Positions 35,056 through 51,960 of a DNA stretch of 64,000 nt are shown here, one piece after another. Source of the DNA: Octopus sinensis (taxonomy: Eukaryota); the NCBI RefSeq assembly GCF_006345805.1, contig NC_043020.1, positions 27,218,001 through 27,282,000 of the forward strand, in the 5' to 3' direction. The first letter of the stretch is position 1; each line of letters opens with the position of its first letter. Under the pieces are notes generated by a model. The model had not been told where the DNA came from and searched no databases. It saw nothing but the letters and a program-made list of their open reading frames with translations. A program made the translations under genes and the position numbers.

Positions 35056-38000
35056 AATGTATATGTATGCATGTGTATGTGAACATTTATGTATGTATTT
35101 GTGTGTCTATAGACACACATACATATAGAGAGAGAAGAGAGAGATAAATTTTCTGTTGGTTGTTCTTTTCTTCCAGTCTCCACAGGAATGGGAAACATCC
35201 AAGGTAAAAGCAGAATGGAAGGATTTGGAAGTTCACCTCAACACTTGCCAAGTAAGTTCACAGGTTCACCTCTTCAGGGGAAAGGTTAGGTGGTTAGAGA
35301 GTTTTCTAGTATTTTCAAGCAATGTTGACCTTTGGCCTGTGACATTGACCTTTGTGTTAGTTTCTCTAACAAAGTCTATGATGGGTCATCATTATTGCCA
35401 CTGTCCAATGGCAAAATTGTTTGAGTGTTGGACAAGATGCCTTGTGGTATTTTAGTTCTGGTCATTATGTTCTGAGTTCAAATCCTGTTGAGGTAACTTT
35501 TTTGCATCTTTTCAGTCAGGAAAGTAAAGTACCAGTTATGTACTGGGGTCAATTTAACCCCCACTGCACTGATTAAAGGTTTGTATAGCAATGTGCAGAT
35601 ACTGATTTAGTCATCCAGCCATAGAAACATTGGAGCACGATGCTGCCTTTGGGCACATTGAATCCTGCCAAACCATCCAGTCCATGCCAGCATGGAACAA
35701 TGGATGTATGATGATGATGATGATGATGGTGGTGATGATTGAGGATCGCTGTTTTATCTCTGTTGCCAGTTCCATCCCATTGTAAAGTGGTTGGCATTAG
35801 GAAGGACATCAAACTGGAAACATTGCCAAAACCCACTGGAACCTGATGCATTCCTTAGGCCCATCAGATCCTATTAAACCATCCAATCCATGCCAGCATG
35901 GAAGATAGATGTTAAATGATGATGATGATGACATCAGGTCTTGTATATTTTTCCTCTAGTCCAGTAAAATTAAAACATGTTTCTTAACATCATATGAAAT
36001 GTGGAGGATTCCAGAAAGTACCTCACTATCAAAAACCAGTTACCCTGGTTCTTGTATCTGAAACACCACACATGCACAGAACCAAATACACTCAGTTCCC
36101 ATGCCGTAAGGGTCCATCAACTTTCCCTGCCTTCTTTTCCAATTTCTATGACTGTGTCTTTGTAAGAACTTACCTTTACTATCTCTGCTACAACATTCTG
36201 GATCATTTCCAATCCAATGCTTTGTCTTGCCTTCACATCCAGGATATTTAATAGGAGCATATTAAGGGGCCAATATTCTTATAAAGCCATTAGTGTTCAT
36301 CTCAGTTATTGCCCTTCATCTTTTTAACAGGTAACCTTTGGTCTTTGCTATTGTTTGTGACCCTTAGTCAAACCTTAAAAACTGTTCACCTTTAATGTTC
36401 ACCAATACTCTCGGTCCTCAGTAACTGTGTTCCGTTTATTTAACAGCCATCCATTAACCCCCGTTCACCTCATTAACAGTTTCCCTCTTTCTTCAACAGA
36501 AAGCACCAGCCAGATATTAAGGAACAGTATTGGAAATTTCCTTGATAAATTCACCGATTCTTCACAGATCAACCAGGTCTTCATCCCAGAACTGGACAAA
36601 CAGCCAAGTAATTTTGCACCGGTTCAACTGAGTCAAACTTTATCGGATGATGCCATATCTGGGAGCCAGTCGATGTCATCTCTACCAGGTAAGGACTTTA
36701 CTTACTAAATCCCTTTTGCTCTTTGTGAAGCATTGGCCATCAATGATTTTTTTCCCCAATGCCCCCAGTTTTGGGTTGTCAATTTTGCTTCTTTCTACTA
36801 CTACTGCTACTACTGCTTCTGTTATAACAACCACCATTCATTCATCTCTTATTATAAAAGGCAGATTTTATCTGCCTCCCTTTGTAAGTTATAGAAATCT
36901 ACAATATAGGATTTCTTCAATTACAATTTACCTAGCATTTTTAAGAGTAGAATGCATCGGGTCATGCCAGGTCCAGTTTTTAAAATTTAAACTCCAATTA
37001 AGCAAAATTTACAGAAAACTCACATTCTGGTGTGTATGTCAAATGCTTTTCTTAATGTGGTTTACACCACACGCACACGCACACACACAGTGTGCAACGA
37101 ATAAAATGAAAGTAAATAGCGACAGAGTGATTTGAGGAAGACTAAACTGAAAGTATTTAAACCACTACTCAAAAAATAAAAAAACACAGCAAACAGAAAC
37201 AAATAAATACATAACGATTTACTCCTCACACAATTTCTTCAATTAGAGTTTACCTAAGATTTTTCAAAGTACTCCATTCGGTCATGCCATGATATATTTC
37301 TTTCAATTTCACCCCCAATTAAGACAAAATTCGAGAAAACTCAATATTTTAACATTTCACTCCGAAAGCATTGATGTACATGTGTGCGTGCGTGAGTGTG
37401 TGTGTGTGTGTGTGTGTGTGTTTGATGGGTTGTGCGACAGAAAGTGTGGTGTGTAAGTGAAGTGCTTTTGTTAGTGTGTGTAAAGAGACAGACAGAGTGA
37501 AAGACAGAAATAACTGAACTTTTTTTATTCACTTTTTGTAGTGAGTGACTGAGAGAGAAAAGAGAGAGAGAGGTTATGTATGTATATATGTATGTATGGC
37601 TTCAGTGACACACACACACAAAAACACATACCTACGTACACCTAAAGCACGCACACACACACACACAAGCGGAGCGCGAACTTCAAAATTTTGGTAGTAT
37701 TAATTTGCGAGCGTACTTCTAAGCGCGCGTAATTGAAAGTTTTCACTATGATATCATCACGTGCGAAAAAATTCGAAGGGTTTTGAACAATTGAGATACA
37801 GATGTCACGCCTGTATTGAAACCATTGCTAAGCTGCCGTAATAGCTTAATTAAGACTTTGTTTAAATATGTGACGAGGTTGAAAAAAATACCCCAGAAAA
37901 AAAAATGTACTGCTGGTATTTATATAATTCACTACTATTTTGCTACAATGTCATGAAAAAGAAAAAATTTAGGTATGTAACTCGAATTCGCCACCCCCTT

Positions 38001-41000
38001 TTCCCCGTTCGCGTTTGTGTAAAAAAAATTATTATTTAAGTTTTAAAAATTATTTACTTTGTTCAAAAAATATTAATATTAATTAATTTTCAAGAATTAT
38101 TTAATTTTATTCTGTAAAATAGTAATTAATTCATTTATCTGTAAATCCGCGAGGTTGTTACTCAGGCACCTAGAATGGTAACCTTCAACTAACACTATCT
38201 CCTCCGAGACCCTGCGGCGCAAGTTGACCAAAATTGAGAGTATGGTAGAAGAAGGGTTGCTCTTCCTTCCGTAGAACATAAAATTCAAATCGGACCATGT
38301 TAACACCAAAAATTATTTACATCAAAAAGATGCTTTTTTCTCTGAAAATCCCTATTTTTTACGATTTTTTCACTGCTGTGTTGCCACTTTTCGGTGTATT
38401 TCGACCAGAAAAATGTTCACAAAATTTTTACTTTTCAAAATTACAATTCCAGCGGGTCGAAACAAACCCGAGCAATGCCGGGCGATACTGCTAGTAAATA
38501 ATAAATAGTTGTTCTTTTTGGAACAGTGGATCTCGAAGCACATAAAGCTATAAATAACAGCATACTGTGCATGGACAGCCTCTGACTTTTACTATCCAAA
38601 AGGGATTTTCAAATCAGTTGGTGTAGCTGTGTGGTAAGATGTAAGACTTCCTAACCTCATGGTTCTAGGTTCAGTCCCACTGCATGGCACTTTGGGCAAA
38701 TGTCTTTTGCTATAGCCCTGGGCCAACCAAAGCCTTGTAAGTTGATTTGGTAGATAGAAATGGAAAGAAGGCAGCGAGCTGGCAGAAACGTTAGCATGCC
38801 AGGTAAAATGCTTCTTGGTATTTCATCTGCTGTTACGTTCTGAGTTCAAATTCCGCCGAGGTCGACTTTGCCTTTGGGTCAAATGACTGAAACAAATATA
38901 AGAATGTGTGTGTGTAGGGGTGGTGGTATTTGTGTCTCCTTGTCATGACATCAGGTGATAATTGTAAATGAGTGTCACTGTTATACAAGCGATGTCATTC
39001 ACTTCCAGTATTCTGCATGAACAGGTCTTGTTATGGGGAAATATTAGCTTGGTTGGAAACGGGTGAGGATTGGTAACTGGAAGGGCACCAGGCTGTAGAA
39101 AAATCTGCCTCAAATAAGCACCATTGGACCCATGCAAGCATAGAAAAGCGGACGTTAAATAGTGATAATGATGACTTGCATGCTTCGAGATTTACTGTTC
39201 CAATAAAGAATTGTTTCAGATTCTCTTGAAAGTTTATAAATCTCTGATGATGTTAACAGCGTTTCTATGTTTTTTATCCCCACTCCAGCTAAACTGCCCG
39301 TCCCCCATCACGTCCCAGGTCGTGCGGGTGGTGGTTGGGACGACGATGATGACGATGTCCATTATGGTGATGAAGACAACAGTGTAGCAGTCAAGTCGAC
39401 AACATCATCTTCTCACACATCAAGCAAAGAAACGAAAGTGTCCAATGAAATCTTAAGTTCCAGGTAGGTGTTCTTTTGGTTATGTTCTTTTTATTCTTTT
39501 CTGCTGGTGTTGCTGTTTGTTTGTTGAGCAAAGTGGTCTTCATCCCAGAGCTCGAAAGATCGCGCCTCAGGATTGTCTGTAGTGGGAGAAGTCCAAAAAC
39601 GTGGTCCTTTGCTATTCGTAAGACCCGCAGAAGAGAAAGCAGGTCAACCCCCGACACCAAGAGCATCAACAGATGGATGAATGCGCATCCAGGCTCAGTG
39701 GTTGCGTAGGAAGTCGGGGGACAAGAAACAGGAAGAAAGACTGAGAGAAAGTTGGAGCGAAAGAGTACAACAGGGGTCGCCACCACCCCCTACCAGAGCC
39801 TCGTGGAGCTTTAGGTGTTTTCTCTCCTCACATTCTGAGTTCAAATTCCACCAAGGTCGACTTTGCCTTTCATCCCTTTGGGGTTGATAAGTTAAGTACC
39901 AGTCAAGTACTGGGGTTGATGTGATCAACTTACCCCTCCCCACAAATTTCAGGTCTTGTACCTATAGTAGAAAGGATTATTATTATTATCATTATTATTG
40001 TTGTTATTATTTTCATTATTATTATTATTAGGCGAGACTCGGAAGAGTACAGTATGCCTGACTGGAATGCTGAAGACCAACTTGTCTGTGAGATGATAGA
40101 AAACACACGTCCGTTGCCAACGAGATCCGATCTGGAAGCTTTTGTCAGCAAGTGTAGTTCTTTAAATTGCGAGAAAGTAATTGATTTAATAAATCAACAC
40201 TTGCAAACTGATGCACAATTGCATTCGCAACTGGTAGGTGCAACACGTTTCTCCTGGCTCCTTCATTATAACTTATTATATAACTTTCATAATCTGTGTA
40301 ATGATCATTGTAATCTGGTTTGTTGTCTTGTATTGTATGGCTTTGCAGTTTATTTTACAGTATATATATACACACACACACAGATATATATATGTATATA
40401 TATATATATGTATGTATATATGTGTATGTATGTATATATGTGTATGTATATGTGTGTACATATGTGTGTATATATATGTGTATATGTATATATATGTATA
40501 TATGTATATGTGTATATATATGTGTAATGTGTATATATGTGTGTATGTATATATGTATATGTGTAATGTGTATATATGTGTGTGTATATATATATATATG
40601 TATATATGTATATGTATATGTGTATATGTATATATATATGTTTATTTGTTTTGTGTTACGCTAAGAAGCAGTGCCGTGTAGATTAGCCTCTCTCTTCATG
40701 GTGGACAGATTGGCATGTAACCACTAAATTAAAGGGATGTAAACGTACCAACACCAACTGTCAAGCATTGGTGGAGGACAAAGACACACACACATACATA
40801 TGATGGGCTTCTTTTAGTTTCAGTCTGTGATCCACTCACAAGGCTCAAGTTGGAGACCAAGGTTTTAGTAGAAGGCACTTGCCCATGGTGCCATGCAGTG
40901 GCACTGAACCTGGAACTTTGTGGTTAGGAAGCAATCTTCTTATCACACAACTGTACATGTGTTCAACAACTTCTTTCAGTTTCTGTCTCCTGAATCCACT

Positions 41001-42636
41001 CATGAGCCTTTCATTGGCCTTGGGTTATAGAGGTAGAAAACACTTGCCCAAACTGCTGCACAATGGAACTGAACCTGAATCCACTTGGTTGTGAAGTGAA
41101 CTTCTTTAACCGCACAGCCCTGCCTGCACTTATTGAACCTGAGACCATGGGGTCGTGAGGCAAACTATCTGGCATAAAAAACTACTTCCTCACCTTTCAA
41201 ATACTCTCGGACCTCATTTAGCTGAAAGGGTTTTTTTTTTCCCGTTTTCTTGTTTTGCAAGTTGTTTGGTGACCCCACTGGTGTTGGTGCCACAAAGAAA
41301 AAGCACCCAGTACAATCTGTGAAGAAGGTTCTCCAGCTGTAGAAACCATACCAAAGCTGATACTGGAGCTTGATGTGGCCCTTGGGCCCATAGGATCCTG
41401 TCAAACTGTCCAGCACATGCAAGCATGGAACATGGACACTTGATGATGTGTGTATATATACATTTATATATCCATACATATAGATATATCATCATTTAGC
41501 ACCTGCTTTCCATGCTGGCATGGGTTAGAGAATTTGACTGGAACTGGTAAGCAAGAGAGCTGCACCAAGTTCCAGTCTGACTTGGCATGGGTTCTGTGGC
41601 TGGATGCCCTTCCTAATGCCATATGTCTGTATACGTGTGTGTCTTTTGATAATAATGTCAATGACAGCCCTCCCTACTTACACATACCATCTGTCTGTCT
41701 GTCTTTCTTTCCCGATCCCTTTTGGTCGGAATTTTACTCTCTTCCTTATTTTTCCCCTTTTTTTTTCATTTTCGAAAAGAGAAACTCTACATTTGTATTT
41801 GTCCCCTCTGTGTCCAACCCTGTGTTACCAATAAAGCTATCTATCTATCTCTGTTTTTTCTTTCCCTGCAGCTCTGTCTGTTTATGCTGGAGTGGTTATC
41901 TCGTGCTGATTACATCAACATCAACCTCTTGGCATCTGTGTGCAAGGACAGCTTATTAAATCTCTACAACAACACCTGCGGTGTCAACAGTGGTGAGATG
42001 CAGCTGGTGCACTCAAAGTGTCGCAAGGTAAGTGCACATTAAAACCTCTCAGTAACAGGGTCGTGTTGTGGCCTAACCCCAGCTCAGCTCTAATCCAGTA
42101 ACTCTATGGTCTTAGATGCTCTCGCTAAAACCAGCCAGTCTTTTATTTTCGTTCTCTCGGTCTTTTACTTTCTCAACATCTTCTTACATGTCCATGAGAA
42201 CTAGTTTATCAGTCATGTATTTAGTGTTTTTATACTCTTTTACTTGTTTCAGTCTTTTGACTGTGGCCATGCTGGAGCACCGCCTTTAGTCGAGCAAATT
42301 GACCCCCAGGACTTATTCTTTTGTAAGCCTAGTACTTATTCTATCGGTCTCTTTTGCCGAACTGCTAAGTTACGGGGACGCAAACACACCAGCATCGGTT
42401 GTCAAACGATGTTGGCGGGAACAAACACACACACACACACATATATACACACACACACACACACATATATATATAACCAAAAATAAGCAACAAAAATGGA
42501 TCTGCTAAATTACCGGATCCATTCTCGTTGCTTATTTTTGGTTATAATCACCCCGCATAATTTTATGGGTAATACCATAAAAATTCTGGTGCATCTAAAT
42601 TAAGTGCCATATTCATTTGAATCTAAATTGTTTTTG

Positions 42637-42692
<56 letters not shown>

Positions 42693-43617
42693 TACGTTGG
42701 GCTTCTTTCAGTTTCCGTCTACCAAATCCACTCATAAGGCTTTGGTTGGCCCGAGACTATAGTAGAAGACACTTGCACAAGGTGCCAGACAGTGGGACTG
42801 AACCCGGAACCATGTGGTTCGTAAGCAAGCTACTTACCACACAGCCACTCCTACGCCTATGTTTGTATTTATTTGTTTTCCTGCATAGTGAGACCAACCG
42901 TTCCAAATGTGAATCCCAGAAGAGAACCCATGGCTTTGCCAGCTTTTGTTTTCTATAATTTCCCTTGAGGGCAGCAGAAAGGAACTTCAGTTGTGCAGGT
43001 TATACTTTGTATCTACTGAATTGCATACTTTAGTTTAGCCAAGTTTGTGAGAGAAGATACTGGCCCAAGATTCTGTGCTTTAGGATCAAATCCAGGAGTT
43101 TGTAGTTGTTGGAGTAAACTTCTTAACCACACCCATTCGTAAATTTATAATTTTTTTTTTTCTCATAACGATTAATCTTATTTTTCAGATAATTAGAATT
43201 CTCGAGAAGTTAACCGTTTACAAAACCATTCTCCCTTCCTCTGTTGCTCAACCGATTCCAGACGACAACTCTCGTGATAAACCTGTCAGCAGTGAACATC
43301 TGATGTCAGAGTCCTTATCGAAAAATGGGAACTTTTACGGCAGCGAGGCTGACGGGGAAGAAAACTGCACGGATGACAAAATGAAAGCATCATCGATTTT
43401 CCACTTCATCCATGACGAAGAAATGAAAAACGGAGTAAACAAAGAATTAGAGAAAACTGCAGACTATTCTAACGAGCAGAGTCCCAAACAGCCGGTCGAG
43501 ATCGGCCTCAAGGCCGCAGTGATGGACAATGAACTCAGTGATGTATCATCACAGCCCTCGGTGGGGTCAGAATTCTCGTTGCTCAATGAAGATTCCTTAG
43601 AGGTCAATGAAAGCTGA
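26290..43617 (+). CDS. TEPSIN: Tepsin / AP-4 accessory protein (ENTH + tepsin VHS-like domain), 12 exons, 555 aa
   Basis: join(26290-26325,29073-29145,30166-30257,30920-31013,33014-33081,33762-33840,35177-35251,36500-36688,39289-39463,40032-40233,41872-42027,43189-43617). All junctions are GT-AG with consistent phases (1668 nt). Motifs [47 protein letters not shown] match tepsin. Confidence 0.93.
28610..28795 (+). mobile_element. CR1/L2-like 3' end with (TAAC)n tail
   Basis: [21 protein letters not shown] followed by a short UTR and (CTAA)n. Confidence 0.6.
28860..29010 (-). mobile_element. Degraded PLE GIY-YIG fragment
   Basis: ...[12 protein letters not shown] resembles the conserved PLE endonuclease segment T.LSK. 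Confidence 0.4.
29146..30165 (+). other. U12-type (minor spliceosome) GT-AG intron 2 of tepsin
   Basis: 5' splice site GTATCCTTT; branch site CCCTTAAC at 30147-30154, about 12 nt before the AG. Confidence 0.88.
31757..31801 (-). ncRNA. Hammerhead motif, G8A-mutated copy, in the left arm
   Basis: TCTGTG-CTGACAA-AGGG-AAATAA-CCCG-GAAA-TCGCGA-TA-CACAGA; perfect 6-bp stem I. Confidence 0.5.
31855..31899 (+). ncRNA. Type I minimal hammerhead motif in the right arm of an inverted repeat
   Basis: TCTCTG-CTGATGA-AGGG-AAATAA-CCCG-GAAA-TCGCGA-TA-CACAGA; palindromic ATCGCGAT stem III; AUA triplet. Confidence 0.6.
34528..34735. repeat. Fold-back inverted repeat (~93-bp arms, 18-bp spacer)
   Basis: Arms 34528-34620 and 34639-34735. 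Confidence 0.85.
36845..38494 (+). mobile_element. Non-autonomous Helitron (1.65 kb)
   Basis: A|TC 5' end; 3' hairpin CCCGAGCAATGCCGGG + CTAG|T; 38183-38494 matches the 19608 Helitron. Confidence 0.7.
41690..41852 (+). mobile_element. Tx1-family 3' end with (TATC)n tail
   Basis: Matches the 3' UTR and AATAAA of the 13446-16631 element. Confidence 0.7.
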
Positions 43618-45616
43618 ATCAAGGTTTTCAGGCCACTGCTGTGTCAGGGAGCAAAGGGCGGTGTGCCTGGTTAAAGATTTCTAAACCAATAAGACCCATC
43701 TTTTTGTTCCCTTCATTGCTTGGACTTATTCTAAAACAGAGAAATAATAATTTATTGATATGATCCAGTATATTACTGGTATGTATGAAAAAAAGAAAGC
43801 CAAAACACTAACTAAAGTCAACCCTCTTTTGACAGGGATTTGAGAGCGAGTGATGTGAAGGATTAAATCAGGGTGCAATAAAATATATTACCTGACACAA
43901 CTACCAACACTACAACACATACTACAATTTGCACAACCCACAGGTAAAACAGTCACTACACATCAAGATAACCCAACTACGCAAGCACCATACAACACTA
44001 AAAGACAACTCACAACACACAAAACTAAAATTATTACAACAAAATAACACAACTCTCGTTTTTTACCTGTTTCAGTCGACTGCGGTCATGCTGGAGCACC
44101 ACCTTTAGTTGAACAAATTGATCCCAGGACTTATTCTATCGATCTCTAAGTTACGGGGATGTAAACACACCAACATCGGTTGTCAGACACACACACACAC
44201 AACAGGCTTCTTTCAGTTTCCTTCTACCAAATCCACTCACAAGGCTTTGGTCGGCCCGAGGCTATAGTAGAAGGCGCTTGCCCCTGGAACCATGTAGTTG
44301 GGAGAGCAAGCTTCCTACCACACAGCCACTCCTGATACAATCTACACGACTCGCATTGCATATAATCTCATCATCGTACATTACACGAGGAAAATATATA
44401 ATCTATACAACCCACATTTCATACTATATACACCACACAACTCACATTGCATACAATCTATGCAGCAAAACAAAAATACCAGAAACAACAAAACAAACAA
44501 AAAGCAAATTAAATGTCAGCGTAAGGCGGCAAGCTGGCAGAAACGTTAGCATGCCGGCCAAGGAGTGGCTGTGTGGTAAGTAGCTTGTTTACCACAACAT
44601 GGTTCCGGGTTCAGTCCCATTGCGTGGCATCTTGGGCAAGTGTCTTCTATTATAGCCTCGGGCCAACCAATGCCTTGTGAGTGGATTTGGTAGACGGAAA
44701 CTGAAAGAAGCCTGTCGTATATATGTATATGTGTGCGTGTGTGTGTCTGTGTTTGTCCCCGTAGCATTGCTTGACAACCGATGCTGGTGTGTTTATGTCC
44801 CCGTTACTTAGCAATTTGGCAAAAGAGACCGATAGAATAAGAACTGGGCTTATAAAAGAATAAGTCCCGGGGTCGAGTTGCTCGACTAAAGGCGGTGCTC
44901 CAGCATGGCTGCAGTCAAATGACTGAAACAAGTAAAAGAGAGAGAGAGTAAGGTATTTCGTTTGACCTCATGCTTTCATAGAGATAGGAGTGGCTGTGTG
45001 GTAAGTAGCTTGCTTACAAACCACATTGTTCCAGGTTCAATCCGACTAAGTGGCACCTTGGGCAAGTGTCTTCTACTATAGCCTCTCCAAAGAGCTGCGC
45101 CGAATCGTCTCATTCCAAATCCTGATCTACATCCCCAAAAGACTAAACTGTACCCTGTGCAGGAACATGCAAGCACTGCACCCTCAGCTCATGCAGTAAA
45201 AACTCACACGAATCTGTTGAAATCATGATTAAAACATCAGAAGCCTGTATATTTTCACTTATCAAATATATTGTTTTATATATCTCAGCTTTTTTTTTTT
45301 TTCTAGGGTTTCTAAGGAGTGGTTTTGAGGGTTTTAGCACTCACATTATTTCTTGTGCTCTGTGGTTGTCGATTTTATTGTTGTTTAGCCAAGGTCAGCC
45401 CTGATGAAACACAAAACTAAAAGAGTTCTGGCGGTGGTAGCATCCTGTCTTTTATTCAGGCATGGCACGGTATATATTAAGGACTTCATTATCCATTATC
45501 CAATGGTACATTTCTTTTTTTTATTTTCATCAGGACACGATGCAGGATTTGAAGGCTATTTGACTGCTGTTTCTTTCATGCTGAGCAACCACATAGTGGC
45601 TCCCTCATTTTGGTTA

Positions 45617-49533
<3,917 letters not shown>

Positions 49534-50208
49534 TTACGTCCCCGTTACTTAGCGGTTCGGCAAAAGAGACCGATAGAATAAGTACTGGGCTTACAAAGGA
49601 ATAAGTCCTGGGGTCGAGTTGCTCGATTAAAGGCGGTGCTCCAGCATGGCCGCAGTCAAAAAATGACTGAAACAAGTAAAAGAGTATATTAAAGACAAAG
49701 ACCATTCAGCATTTAAACTGGCCGAAATGTTCCACCTGTTTTATGTTCAAACTGACCAGATCTGGCCTTTCATACCAACCCTACACTGCCATTCTAGAAA
49801 TAAATAATCACATCCGATTCGTGGCTGATGCCTTGACTGGCTTCCATGCCGGTGGCACGTAAAAAGCACCAACCGATTGTGGCCACTGCTAGCCTCCCCT
49901 GGCACATAAAAAGCTCCCACTACACTCACGGAGTGGTTGGCATTAGGAAGGGCATCCAGCTGTAGAGACACTGCCAAACCAGACTGGAGCCTGGGGCAGC
50001 CTCCATGGTTTACCAGACCTCGGTCGAACCGTCCAACCCATGCTAGAATGAAAAGCGGACATTAAATGATAATGATATATATATGTATATATAGATATTA
50101 TCAATAATAAAAGGGTAAAATTAATTAATTATTAATTGATTTCACCAAGTAGTGTTCAGTATGTAAAAGGACCATTCAAGGTATATTTAAAATATTACGT
50201 TATATAAT

Positions 50209-50431
50209 TAGGGCTCAGTAAAATAATTTACTTTACCACACACTGAAACTTTTAGAAATAGCAGCCAAAAAGTTTTTTTAGCCATTTCTTCTACTATAAA
50301 AAAAATCTCCCATGCAGTGAGTAAACACTGTATGGGAGATTTTTCTTATGGTAGAAGAAATGGCTAAAAAAACTTTTTGGCTGCTATTTCTAAAAGTTTC
50401 AGTGTGTGGTAAAGTAAATTATTTTACTGAG

Positions 50432-50436
<5 letters not shown>
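50209..50436. repeat. Near-perfect palindrome (111-bp arms, 6-nt loop)
   Basis: TAGGGCTCAGTAAAAT... / ...ATTTTACTGAGCCCTA; loop AGTAAA at 50320-50325. Confidence 0.92.
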
Positions 50437-50467
<31 letters not shown>

Positions 50468-50735
50468 AAATTATTATTTAATTAATTAATTAATTAATTT
50501 TTTAAAAATATAACAATCAAAAAGTACTAAAAGTTTAATATGAGATAAATATATATATATCTAAAAATTTATAGGTATAAATTAATTTAAATAATTTTTA
50601 AAATTTTAACTTTAATTTAAATATTTTAAATTTTGAATTTTATATTTTATATATTTTTTATTGATTAATTTTATTTCTATGTATTGGTTTATGATTTTCA
50701 CTCTTTGATTTGCCTAATAGTGGTTTTATCTCTAA

Positions 50736-51655
50736 CTAGCAGCATAGCCCGGCATTGCCCGGGTATGTAAGAGCCCCTAGTAGGCAACGACTAATCCCAA
50801 TCTAGTCCTTTCCCTCTAGGGAACGAAGGCGCATGTGTAGGTTGCAATGTCTTCTCTTCACTTGAATACTTCTATGTATACGATGTTCCTAGCTGTCCCT
50901 TTGGGCGAAAATATGAAAACATCATTGCGCCTCCCAACACGTGAACAGTCCACGTAGAGTTGACCGTGGGCGAAGCACTGTTTGCCCAACTGTAACCCAG
51001 CGACTTGTAGTGTTTGGCCTTGGGATTTATTGATGGACATTGCAAAGCAGAGTTTAACAGGAAACTGAGAACGCCTGAAGTGGATTGGTAGGTCAGCGCC
51101 CGACGGTTGAAGGCGCATGCGTGGAATGAAGACGTCCTCTCCCTTCTCACAACCGGTAAGTATTGTGGCCGTTATTAAATGTGGTGGCAAATGTTTCACA
51201 ACCAGACGTATGCCGTTGCACTATTTAGGTGGAACCAAACTTTTAACTTCAGGATGTGTGGCGGCAGGCCTGGCGGTTCAAGTGAATTCAGGAATTCAAC
51301 AGGATAATCGGCAAGCTCGGCGGGGTCTGCTGTCCTATCAATAGATTTGTAGACGTGGACATCACCAGGAATAGCTTCAAGTAGCTGGATATTGATGGAG
51401 TTGAGGGTTAAAAAGGTCGAGTTGCGTCCCCTAGACAGTCTGTGGTTTGTGTTTCTGATTCTCGACCCCATGTCGAATTTATCGATTTTTTTCAGAACTG
51501 GGGGAATTTTTCAAAATTTTCGCTGCGTTAGTTTTGAATTATGACATTGGGCTATGTGTGTGTCAAGTTTCATCAGAATCGGTTGAAAGCCGTGGTCAGG
51601 GTGAGGGTACAACCTGACAAACACACAGACACACAAACTGCCGTTTATATATATA
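50736..51655 (-). mobile_element. Helitron deletion derivative retaining a Pif1-like helicase C-terminal fragment
   Basis: YPVEFLNSLEPPGLPPHILKLK and QFPVKLCFAMSINKSQGQTL...CFAHGQLYV.CSRV; 3' hairpin CCCGGGCAATGCCGGG + CTAG at 50736. Confidence 0.9.
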
Positions 51656-51679
51656 TATATATATATATATTATATTAAA

Positions 51680-51960
51680 TCTCTCTATATATAAACGGCA
51701 GTTTGTGTGTCTGTGTGTCTGTTTGCTTGTACCCTCACCCTGACCACGGCTTTCAACCGATTCTGATGAAACTTGACACACACATAGCCCAATGTCATAA
51801 TTCAAAACTAACGCAGCGAAAATTTTGAAAAATTCCCCCAGTTCTGAAAAAAATCGATAAATTCGACATGGGGTCGAGAATCTAAGCTTTTTATATGCAA
51901 CACATTTTCTACAGACTGTCTAGGGGACGCAACTCGACCTTTTTAACTCTCGGAACACGT
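51680..51960 (+). mobile_element. Second Helitron 5' end, head-to-head with the previous element
   Basis: A|TC start; 51686-51882 is the reverse complement of 51457-51650. Confidence 0.8.

Noticed and set aside
40054-40681. Long ORFs extending tepsin exon 10 or C/V/Y-rich ORFs
   Set aside because: Read-through into a (TA/TG)n microsatellite after the donor at 40233.
50858-51471. Host PIF1 helicase gene
   Set aside because: A fragment with an internal deletion, bounded by a Helitron hairpin/CTAG end.
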